From an uncultured Acidobacteriota bacterium (GTDB taxonomy: Bacteria > Acidobacteriota > Thermoanaerobaculia > Multivoradales > SZUA-115): DNA of 64,000 nucleotides. The notes below the pieces were generated by a model. The model had not been told where the DNA came from, searched no databases, and was given only the letters and a program-made list of their open reading frames with translations. Below, in pieces: positions 28,995-37,180 of this stretch; position 1 is the stretch's first letter, and each line of letters opens with the position of its first letter. A program made the position numbers and the translations under genes. The stretch covers positions 1 to 64,000 of the forward strand of contig CAWDVR010000002.1 of the NCBI GenBank assembly GCA_963805975.1, read 5' to 3'.

Positions 28995-29708
28995 ATGCCC
29001 ATGACTCTCGACCAGGTGATGGCGGAGCTCGAAGCCAAAGGCAGCGAGCAAACCCGGAAGATCTACCGGAACCACGGCGCGCCGGAGGCGATGTTCGGCG
29101 TGCAGGTGGCCGAGCTCAAGAAGATCTTGAAGAGAACCGGGCCGGACCACGCGCTGGCCCTACGGCTCTGGGACACCGGCAACTCCGACGCCATGTACCT
29201 GGCCGGCATGATGGCCGACCCGCAGCAGATCACCCCCCGGGAGCTCGATCACTGGGCCGAGACCACGACCTGGCAGATGCTCGCCGAGACCTCGGTGGCG
29301 GGCGTCGCCGCCGAGTCGCCCCATGGCGCGGGCCGGGCCCGGAAGTGGGTCGAGGCGGAGCGCGAGCTGACCGCGGAGGCCGGCTGGGCGACCTGGGGCG
29401 GGGTGATGGCCATCGTCCCCGACGAAGAGCTCGACCTCGAGGAGATCGCGGCCCTGCTCGACCGCGTGGAGAGCACCCTGCACCAGGAGCGCAACCGCGT
29501 GCGCTACACCATGAACGGCTTCCTGATCGCGGTGGGTTCCTATGTGGAGCCCTTCCATGGCCGCGCCCTCGAAGTGGCGGAACGCATCGGCAAGGTCAGG
29601 GTGAACCTGGGCGCCACCGCGTGCAAGGTGCCGCTCGCCGGCGAGTACATCGGGAAGGTGGTCGCCAGGTACGGCGTCGGAAGGAAGCGCGACTCCATCC
29701 GCTGCTAG
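28995..29708 (+). CDS. DNA alkylation repair protein (AlkD-like HEAT family)
   Basis: LEAKGSEQTRKIYRNHGA, FGV, LWDTGNSDAMYLA, NRVRYTMN and CKVP motifs. Confidence 0.8.
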   Translation: MPMTLDQVMAELEAKGSEQTRKIYRNHGAPEAMFGVQVAELKKILKRTGPDHALALRLWDTGNSDAMYLAGMMADPQQITPRELDHWAETTTWQMLAETSVAGVAAESPHGAGRARKWVEAERELTAEAGWATWGGVMAIVPDEELDLEEIAALLDRVESTLHQERNRVRYTMNGFLIAVGSYVEPFHGRALEVAERIGKVRVNLGATACKVPLAGEYIGKVVARYGVGRKRDSIRC

Positions 29709-29725
29709 CGATTCGTCGCTGTCAA

Positions 29726-30283
29726 CTACACCACCACCCCGCTCCAGCGGCCGCTCCAGCTCTTGGGCGTGAAGTCGGGTATGGCGAGCGGCTCGAGCGT
29801 CGGGCAGCCCGGCCGCCAGAAGCTGCGGAACTCCCGCTTCTCCCCGGTGCGGTAGAAGTGGGCGAGGTATGCGAAGTCGCAGCCCGAGAAGTCCGCCAGC
29901 CACTGGTCGAGGTCGTGGACCCCGGTTTCGTGCAGGAGCCGCAGGCTGTAGCGGCAAGCCACGCGCTCGTAGGCGTCGAGGGCGGCGATGCTCTCCTCGG
30001 TCGGGTCGGCCTGGGCCCGCGTGCCGTGCTCGCGCGCGTGCGGGTCGGTGTTCCACTGGATGGAATGGCCGAAGAGGTGGACGAGGATGAAGAGCGCGTT
30101 CTCGATCTCGTTCGCGTGGTCGACCTTGATCTCCGCGCCGTCGAGGTCGCCGGTGTAGGGATCGGTCACGTCGCTCACCGTGATCGGGATGCCGTAGCGG
30201 CGCTCCACGTGGTCGGCGACGAGGTTGAACACCTCGCGCATGCGATCTTCGTTCGGGTAAGGGATGGGCGCCGTGTCTGTCAT
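29726..30283 (-). CDS. Hypothetical protein with a degenerate zincin-like motif
   Basis: GDLDGAEI...LVHLFGHSIQW...YERVA; coding-like codon usage. Confidence 0.7.
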   Translation of the reverse strand: MTDTAPIPYPNEDRMREVFNLVADHVERRYGIPITVSDVTDPYTGDLDGAEIKVDHANEIENALFILVHLFGHSIQWNTDPHAREHGTRAQADPTEESIAALDAYERVACRYSLRLLHETGVHDLDQWLADFSGCDFAYLAHFYRTGEKREFRSFWRPGCPTLEPLAIPDFTPKSWSGRWSGVVV

Positions 30284-30366
30284 GGCGCACTTTCTACCAT
30301 GGCCTGGGACTACCATGGCCTCGGAGCTTCCCGCTTTCTTCGGGGTAGAGCCGCTAGACTTCTCCC

Positions 30367-31053
30367 ATGACCACCCGCATCCTCGAAGTCCGCCAGGGAG
30401 TGCTCAACAAGAACGATCAGCTTGCCCGCAGCCTGCGCGAGCGCTTCCGCGAGGCGGGGGTCCTGGTGCTCAACCTGGTGTCGAGCCCCGGCACGGGCAA
30501 GACGGCTTTTCTCGAGCGCACGCTCACCGAGCTGGTGCGCCGGGGCGAGCCGGTCGCCGCCGTGGTGGGCGACCTCGAGACCGACAACGACGCCCGCCGG
30601 CTGGCGGCGAGCGGCGCCCCGGTGCGGCAGATCAACACCCACGGCCGCTGCCATCTCGAGGCCGAGGTGGTGGGCGCTCACCTCGAAGGCTGGGACCTCG
30701 CCGGCCTGCGCTATCTGTTCATCGAGAACGTGGGCAACCTGGTCTGCCCCTCGAGCTACGACCTGGGCGAGGCGCTGCGGGTGGTGCTGCTGTCGGTGAC
30801 CGAGGGCGAGGACAAGCCGCTCAAGTACCCCGGCATCTTCAATTCCTCGGACCTCGCCGTGTTCACCAAGTGGGACCTCGCCCAGGCCTGCGAGTTCGAC
30901 GAAGCGGCGGCGACCGAGAACCTCCACTCCGTACGGCCCGGCCTACCCGTGCTCCGCGTCTCCGCCAAGACCGGCTTCGGGATGGAGGCGTGGCTCCAGT
31001 TCCTCTCGGCGAGGCGTGAGAGCGAGCCGGCAGGCGTCGCTGTTCCGACTTAG
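30367..31053 (+). CDS. hypB: Nickel-incorporation GTPase HypB
   Basis: SSPGTGKT, CHL, ENVGNLVCP, SVTEGEDKPLKYP, TKWD and SAKTG motifs. Confidence 0.92.
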   Translation: MTTRILEVRQGVLNKNDQLARSLRERFREAGVLVLNLVSSPGTGKTAFLERTLTELVRRGEPVAAVVGDLETDNDARRLAASGAPVRQINTHGRCHLEAEVVGAHLEGWDLAGLRYLFIENVGNLVCPSSYDLGEALRVVLLSVTEGEDKPLKYPGIFNSSDLAVFTKWDLAQACEFDEAAATENLHSVRPGLPVLRVSAKTGFGMEAWLQFLSARRESEPAGVAVPT

Positions 31054-31121
31054 CTTGGTTGCGAGAAGCCACCCGGAAAGCACCTTGCGGTGCTCTCCGG
31101 GGGCGTTGCGGGCGGACTACT

Positions 31122-34100
31122 TTACGGAGGGCAGTTGCCGAAGCAGGTGGTCCACTCGTCCACGTCGCCGGTCTCGAAACCGTCGCTGAACAGGTTGCTG
31201 CAGCCCAGCAGATCGCAGTCCGGCCAGGTGACGTTGGTCACCGTCAGGTCGTCCATCCAGAAGCCCACGTTGGCGGCGTTGGTGTCCGCCACCAGGCGGA
31301 AGCGGAACCGGATGCGCTGGCCGTTGTATGTCGCGCCCAGGTTCACGGTGGCGTTGCGCCAGGTGAGCTGGGTGCCGGACCAAGCCATCCGGCCGGGGGC
31401 GGTGCTGTTGTTGAACAGCGGGCCGTCGTAGGCCACCGACGAGAGGTTGCCGATGTCCACCCACTCGTCCGACCCTTCGACCCGCAGCTCGAGCAGCACG
31501 CCGTCCCAACGCTGGGAGGCGTCGCCCTCCATGTCGTAGCGCAGCCAGAAGCCGATCGTCGTCGAGCCCGCGCCCACGTCCATCCAGGGCGAGAGCAGCG
31601 ACTTGTCGGCAAAGCCGTTGACGTCCGAGGCGAACCAGCTACGCAGGCCGGCGTGAGCCGAAGAGGTGACGCGGGCCCAGTCGTCCGTCGCGACCGCCGC
31701 CTCGTGGGTGAAGGCCGTGTCGTCGTCCTCGGCATCCTCGGTCAGGGTGCTGGTCACCGGGTCGGCCCCGGCCAGGAGGGTGACGGTCTCGGTGCCCGAC
31801 CCGTCGTCGTGGGTCACCGTCGCCTCGAGCTCGAGGAGGCTTCGGCACTGGGCGAGCGCCAGGCCGGCCAGGCGGACGGCGAAGTCCTGCGTCACCGTGG
31901 CGCCCGGGCCGATGCTGCCGTAATTCTGCGGGCCGCTCTGGACGATCAGGCCGCTGGATACTCCCAGCAGGCTGACCACGGTGTTGGACAGTGCCACCAC
32001 CCCGGCATTGGTCACCGACACCGGGACCAGCGCCTCTTCGCCGGGATCGAGGAAGCCGTCGGCGTCGCAGCCGCCTGCGCTGTCGTCCACCTCACCCAGG
32101 GTGACCACCGCCGGGCTGCGGTGGATCTTGTAGATGCCGCGGCCGTGGGTGCCGGTCCAGAGGATGTCGTCGGTGGCCCACACGAGCTGCATGACGCGCG
32201 TCCAGGCGGTGCCGTAGTCGTACTGCTGCCAGTCGAAGCTGCTGGTGTCGTTGCCATCCGTGGTCCACAGCCCGAGCTCGCTCCCCAGCCACAGGCGATC
32301 GGAGTCCAGTGGGTCCACGACCACGGTGAACATCGGGATGTCGGGCAGGGTGTCGTGGATCGAGGTCCACGAGGTGCCGCCGTTGGTCGACTTCCACACT
32401 CGGTCGGGGCCGTAGTCGGCGATGGTCGCGTAGACGGTGTTGCCGGTCGGGTCGTGGGGATCGACCTCGATCCAGGTGACGTCGAAGCCCTGCATGGCGA
32501 CGTCGTTGATCTGGGTCCAGGTGGTCGGGGTGCCGAGCGTCGTAGTGCGGAAGATGCGGCCGGTGGCAGTGCCGACGAAGGCCACGCTGCCGTTGTGCCG
32601 GCTGATGGTCGCCGCCGACACCGTGCTGCCGAGCACGCCGGACTGGTCGACGAAGGTGGCGGCGCCGAGCGAGCGCGTGTTGGCCGAGTAGAACACCCGG
32701 TTGGTGCCCACGATCATGCGGTTGCCGTTGTTGATGTCGAGAGTGAAGGGAGTGATGAACGCGGCGCCCGTGGTCGAGGGCAGGGTGAGGTCGCTCGCCG
32801 TCGAGCCGCCGTCCCCCGAGCCGAAGAGGCCGCCCTGGGGGGTCGCGCCGTAGATGAACTGCGTCTGCTGCTGGTCCCAGGAGGAGAAGCCGCCGTCGCC
32901 GCCGAACCACTGGAGCCACAGCGCCTTGTCGCCGAAGAAGAGGTGCGAGCCGTTGTCCTGCGTACCGCCGATCACGTGCTCGCCGTCCGGGTGGGCGGCG
33001 ATGCCGTAGTACTGCGCGACGCGCAGGTCGTTGTTGAGCTGCGTGAAGTTCTCGCCGTCGTCGGTGGACTTGAAGATGCCGCCGTCGCAGCCGATGAACA
33101 CGGTATTGGGATTGGTGGGATCGAACGCCACCACGTGCAGGTCGGCGTGCACGTAGTCGTTCGGGTACTGGCCGACGCCGGGGTTCCAGAAAGTCTTCTT
33201 GGTGATCACGCCGCCGGCGTTGGTGCTCTTGAACATGTCCACCGCGCCGACGTAGACGGTGTTCGAATCGCCCGGCTTGACGCCCATGATGAGGTCGTAC
33301 CAGCCCTGGCGCTCGATGAAGGCCACGGCCGACGCGGTCTGCGCGAAGGCGCCGCCACCGGCCGGCGAGCGCCACAGGCCGCGGGTGGCGTCCGTGGTGC
33401 TGGAGACCGAGAGGTAGACCACTCCGTCCGTGCCCACGCCGATCTCGGCGCGGCGGCAGCCGGTGCCCGTCGCGCAGTCCGGCAGGCCCTCGCCAGCCCC
33501 GAGCTGGGTCCAGGTGGCGCCGTCGTCGCTGCTGCGCCACAGGCGCCGCAGGGCCGGGTTGGCGTTGTCGGTGAACCGCCACGAGTAGAGACGGGCGCTC
33601 GGGGTCGTCGTGGACGTGTCGAGCTTGAGGTCGGTGAAGCCACGATCGCCGGTCGCGAGGTTGGTGGTGCCGGTGCGCTCGGTCCACACCGGCGTGACCG
33701 CGGTGAAGTCGTCCGTGCCCCAGATCCCGGCGCGGGTGGCGGCGAGGAGCTTGGTGGTGCCCGGGATGCGGGCCAGCCGGTTGACGTAGAAGAAGTTGCT
33801 GTTGTCCGTGCCGGCGAGGGTGGTGAAGGTGTCGCCGAAGTCGTCCGAGATCAGGATGCCGAGACCCTGGGCGGCGTCGGCGTTGAAGAAGCCCTCGCCG
33901 GTGCCCACGAAGACCGTGTCGCTGTCGTCCGGGTCGACCAGCATCGAGCCCACGGAGAGGGACGGCAGGAAGTCGTCGACCGGCGTCCAGGTGGCGCCCG
34001 CGTCGGTGGACTTGAAGACGCCACCGGCGACGCTACCCACCAGCATCTCGTCGGTGTCGTTCGGGTTGATGAGGATGCCGCGGAGGCGACCGCCGAAGTT

Positions 34101-34430
34101 GCCCGGCCCCCAGTCCTCGATACGGATGTTGGGCAGCGGGCTGCCGCGCGAGCCAGCCCCGCGCACCGCCTCGATCTGGTCGCGCGCCTGGGCGTTGAGC
34201 TGAATCGCGGTCGCGGTGCTGCGGGTCTCGTGTAGGCCCGCCCACCAGGCGGCCGCTTCACCGGGATGCTCGGGCTTGTGCCCGTACTCCTCTCCCTCCT
34301 CGCCGCCGGAGATCGACTCCAGCTTGGCCTCGGAATAAGCCAGAGGGGCCGCTCGCCAGCTCAGCGCGGCAGAAGTGACAGCAACGACGGCGAACAGTGC
34401 CATCATCGAGAACAGGGAGCGCAGCTTCAT
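31122..34430 (-). CDS. Large secreted BNR/beta-propeller protein with C-terminal FxDGFE tail
   Basis: Signal peptide; GPGNFGGR; STDAGATW-type Asp-boxes; GGTQDNG; GTHGRG; ends LFSDGFETGDVDEW. Confidence 0.85.
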   Translation of the reverse strand: MKLRSLFSMMALFAVVAVTSAALSWRAAPLAYSEAKLESISGGEEGEEYGHKPEHPGEAAAWWAGLHETRSTATAIQLNAQARDQIEAVRGAGSRGSPLPNIRIEDWGPGNFGGRLRGILINPNDTDEMLVGSVAGGVFKSTDAGATWTPVDDFLPSLSVGSMLVDPDDSDTVFVGTGEGFFNADAAQGLGILISDDFGDTFTTLAGTDNSNFFYVNRLARIPGTTKLLAATRAGIWGTDDFTAVTPVWTERTGTTNLATGDRGFTDLKLDTSTTTPSARLYSWRFTDNANPALRRLWRSSDDGATWTQLGAGEGLPDCATGTGCRRAEIGVGTDGVVYLSVSSTTDATRGLWRSPAGGGAFAQTASAVAFIERQGWYDLIMGVKPGDSNTVYVGAVDMFKSTNAGGVITKKTFWNPGVGQYPNDYVHADLHVVAFDPTNPNTVFIGCDGGIFKSTDDGENFTQLNNDLRVAQYYGIAAHPDGEHVIGGTQDNGSHLFFGDKALWLQWFGGDGGFSSWDQQQTQFIYGATPQGGLFGSGDGGSTASDLTLPSTTGAAFITPFTLDINNGNRMIVGTNRVFYSANTRSLGAATFVDQSGVLGSTVSAATISRHNGSVAFVGTATGRIFRTTTLGTPTTWTQINDVAMQGFDVTWIEVDPHDPTGNTVYATIADYGPDRVWKSTNGGTSWTSIHDTLPDIPMFTVVVDPLDSDRLWLGSELGLWTTDGNDTSSFDWQQYDYGTAWTRVMQLVWATDDILWTGTHGRGIYKIHRSPAVVTLGEVDDSAGGCDADGFLDPGEEALVPVSVTNAGVVALSNTVVSLLGVSSGLIVQSGPQNYGSIGPGATVTQDFAVRLAGLALAQCRSLLELEATVTHDDGSGTETVTLLAGADPVTSTLTEDAEDDDTAFTHEAAVATDDWARVTSSAHAGLRSWFASDVNGFADKSLLSPWMDVGAGSTTIGFWLRYDMEGDASQRWDGVLLELRVEGSDEWVDIGNLSSVAYDGPLFNNSTAPGRMAWSGTQLTWRNATVNLGATYNGQRIRFRFRLVADTNAANVGFWMDDLTVTNVTWPDCDLLGCSNLFSDGFETGDVDEWTTCFGNCPP

Positions 34431-34576
34431 CGAGGTCCTCCTCAGGGATGCGTTTGGGCCTATAGTCAGGCGGAGAATAGCACCTCTCTTTCGGTTCAGA
34501 AGCCTGTGCTACGATGCCACAAAGACACTTCCGCATGCATTGGAATTCCACACTTCCACCTCGCAAGGAGATCCCC

Positions 34577-35284
34577 ATGAAGGTCAAGACTGCTTTGATC
34601 GCTGGGCTGGCTCTCTGGACCTTCGCCGTGTCCCCACCCGCCACTGCCACCTTCCACTTCATGCAGATCGAGCAAGTGATCGGCGGCTTGTGCGGCGACC
34701 CCCGGGCGCAGGCGATCCAGCTCCGCATGCGCGCCGCCGGCCAGGACGAGGTGGCGGGCAAGAAGCTCGTAGCCTTCGACGCGGCCGGCGCGAACCCCAT
34801 CACGCTGTTCACCTTCCCCAGCCCGGTGGCGGTGTCGACCAGCGGCTCGCGCATCCTGCTCGTCACCTCGGCGGCGGCACCGCTTCTGCCGGACGCCGAC
34901 TTCGTGACCTCGGTGGTGCTCCCGGCCTCGTACCTGGCGGCGGGCCGGATCGCCTTCGTGGACGAGTCGAACCTCGTCTACTGGTCGATCGCCTGGGGCG
35001 GCGCCGGCTATACCGGCACCAACACCGGCACCACCACCAACGACGCCGACGGCAACTTCAGCCCCCCGTTCGCCTCGGCCCTGCCCTCCTCCACCACGCA
35101 GGCGCTCCTCTTCCCCGGCGCCGCCAACGCCATGAGCACCAACAACGCGGCCGACTACTCGACCACCGCCGGGGCCGCGACCTTCACCAACAACGCCGGC
35201 GCCGCCGTGCTGCTGCCGCTCTGCGTGTTCGACGACGGCTTCGAGAGCGGCAACACCACCGCCTGGAGCCTGACCGTCCCGTAG
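34577..35284 (+). CDS. Secreted protein with C-terminal FxDGFE tail
   Basis: RBS AAGGAG; signal peptide; FHFMQIEQV; ends VFDDGFESGNTTAWSLTVP. Confidence 0.8.
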   Translation: MKVKTALIAGLALWTFAVSPPATATFHFMQIEQVIGGLCGDPRAQAIQLRMRAAGQDEVAGKKLVAFDAAGANPITLFTFPSPVAVSTSGSRILLVTSAAAPLLPDADFVTSVVLPASYLAAGRIAFVDESNLVYWSIAWGGAGYTGTNTGTTTNDADGNFSPPFASALPSSTTQALLFPGAANAMSTNNAADYSTTAGAATFTNNAGAAVLLPLCVFDDGFESGNTTAWSLTVP

Positions 35285-35312
35285 CATCGACTGCCCGACC
35301 AGGAGACCTCTC

Positions 35313-35882
35313 GTGAAGACCTTCTCGCCGCGCTCTCTCGTCTTCTCCACCTTGGCCCTGGCCTTCGTCCTCGGCACCGGACCGGCCGTGGCCGCCGAGG
35401 CCCCGCCCCCTGCGGCCCCCGCCACCGCTCCGTCGACGCCGTTCGGTATCCCGAATGCCGTCGAGGTCGTGCCCGGCCTGATCTCCGCCGGCCAGCCCAC
35501 CGAGGAGCAGCTCCGCCAGGCCGCCGCCGCGGGCTACAGATCGGTGATCGACCTGCGCCCGCCGGCCGAGGACCACGGCTTCGACGAGCCGGCGATCGCG
35601 GCCGGCCTCGGCCTGCGGTACGTCAACGTCCCGGTGACCCTCGACACCCTCGACGCCGCCACCGTGGAGCGCTTCCGCGAGGTCTTCGCCAAGGCGGAGC
35701 AGCCGGTCCTCCTCCACTGCGCGTCGGCCAACCGGACGGGTGCGCTCTACTACGCGCACTTGGTGCTGGATCAGAAGATCGAGCCCGAGGAGGCCCTGAA
35801 ACGCGCCCGCGCCGCCGGGCTCAAGGCTCCCCCGCTCGAAGAGAAAGTGAAGGCGGTGGTGGCCGAGGCCGCGAAGCCGTGA
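35313..35882 (+). CDS. Secreted DUF442/PTP-fold protein (phosphatase- or sulfurtransferase-like)
   Basis: AGQPT, SVIDLR and LLHCASANR (CX5R) motifs. Confidence 0.8.
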   Translation: MKTFSPRSLVFSTLALAFVLGTGPAVAAEAPPPAAPATAPSTPFGIPNAVEVVPGLISAGQPTEEQLRQAAAAGYRSVIDLRPPAEDHGFDEPAIAAGLGLRYVNVPVTLDTLDAATVERFREVFAKAEQPVLLHCASANRTGALYYAHLVLDQKIEPEEALKRARAAGLKAPPLEEKVKAVVAEAAKP

Positions 35883-35943
35883 TGCCTGGGCCGCGACCAG
35901 CCTCCCGCTGATCGCTGCACGCCCGACGGGCGAGGAGGTTTCG

Positions 35944-36639
35944 ATGACCGTGCGGCGCATTCTCGGCTTCGCCCTGCTCCCAGCGCTCGGCCTCGGTGCC
36001 GCGGCCGGCGCCGGCGCGCAGAGCCTCAACCTCGATTTCGGAGCGCCGGAGAGTGGCCCCCCTCCCACCTATGCGGCGGCCGGCCGCGCCGGCACCTGGA
36101 ACAGCATCCCCGCCGCCCACGGCACCACCACCAGCGGGCTGGTGAACCTGGCCGGCTCGGCCACCGCCGCCTCGATCAGCCAGATCGGCGGCCTGGCGCT
36201 GCTCGACGACAACGACCCGGCGGTCACCGGCGACCATGCCCTGCTGCTCGACGACTTCCTGGTCACCTACAACGACGGCCTCGAGACCTGCATCTACCTG
36301 AACGGCCTCGAGCCCGGCACCTACACGGTGCTGATCTACGCCCGCATGCCCGACCCGGCCGTGGCGAGCTACACCAGCGTGGACCAGGAGGACGGCTTCC
36401 CCCACCACGCGGTGGGCGGGACCTGGCCGGGTGAGCACTCGAACCCGGGTTCCTTCTCCCGCCACCTGGCCGAGGTCGGCCCGGGCGGTGACCTCGACCT
36501 GCACTCCGGGATCTTCCCCGGGGCGAACGAGGTGCTGGGTGCCGCTCTGAACGGCCTGCAGGTGATCCGGCTCGAAAGTCTCTTTGCCGATAGTTTCGAG
36601 AGCGGTGACACCGCGGCCTGGAGCCTGACAGTGCCCTAG
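35944..36639 (+). CDS. Secreted protein with C-terminal FxDSFE tail
   Basis: RBS GAGGAGG; signal peptide; LNLDFG...NGLQV beta-sandwich; ends LFADSFESGDTAAWSLTVP. Confidence 0.8.
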   Translation: MTVRRILGFALLPALGLGAAAGAGAQSLNLDFGAPESGPPPTYAAAGRAGTWNSIPAAHGTTTSGLVNLAGSATAASISQIGGLALLDDNDPAVTGDHALLLDDFLVTYNDGLETCIYLNGLEPGTYTVLIYARMPDPAVASYTSVDQEDGFPHHAVGGTWPGEHSNPGSFSRHLAEVGPGGDLDLHSGIFPGANEVLGAALNGLQVIRLESLFADSFESGDTAAWSLTVP

Positions 36640-36666
36640 CGGCGGGTGTGTTCTACGCTTGCCGGC

Positions 36667-37146
36667 ATGACCTCACGAGCCGACTTCCGCCTCCGGTCCG
36701 CCACTCCGGCGGACCATACCTGGATCCTGCCGCTCGCTCCCCGCCTGCACGACTTCGGGCCGCCGCCCTGGCGCTCCCGCCAGCGGATGGACCTGGCCGT
36801 GAGCGCCGCGATCGAGCGCGGCCTGCTCGAGAGACCGTCCGGCTCGAGCGTGATCGTGGCCGAGGACCCTGGCGGCGAGCCGGCCGGCTTCGTCCATCTC
36901 GAAACGGCGACGGATTTCTTCACCGGCGAGGCACACGGCCACGTCTCCGACCTGGTGGTCGCTCCCGGCTCCGAGGGCCGGGGTGTGGGCGCGCTGCTCA
37001 TGGCCGCGGCCGAGGCCTGGGCGCAGGAGCAGGGGTTCCGGCTCCTGACGCTCAACGTGTTCGGCGGCAACGAGCGCGCCCTGCACCTGTACCAGAGACT
37101 CGGCTTTCAGGCCGACGTCACCAAGATGGTCAAGGAGCTGCCCTGA
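36667..37146 (+). CDS. GNAT-family acetyltransferase
   Basis: DLVVAPGSEGRGVG and N...ALHLYQRLGF motifs. Confidence 0.88.
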   Translation: MTSRADFRLRSATPADHTWILPLAPRLHDFGPPPWRSRQRMDLAVSAAIERGLLERPSGSSVIVAEDPGGEPAGFVHLETATDFFTGEAHGHVSDLVVAPGSEGRGVGALLMAAAEAWAQEQGFRLLTLNVFGGNERALHLYQRLGFQADVTKMVKELP

Positions 37147-37180
37147 GGCGGCTCCTCGACCCGTGCTGCGGAGGTGGTGC

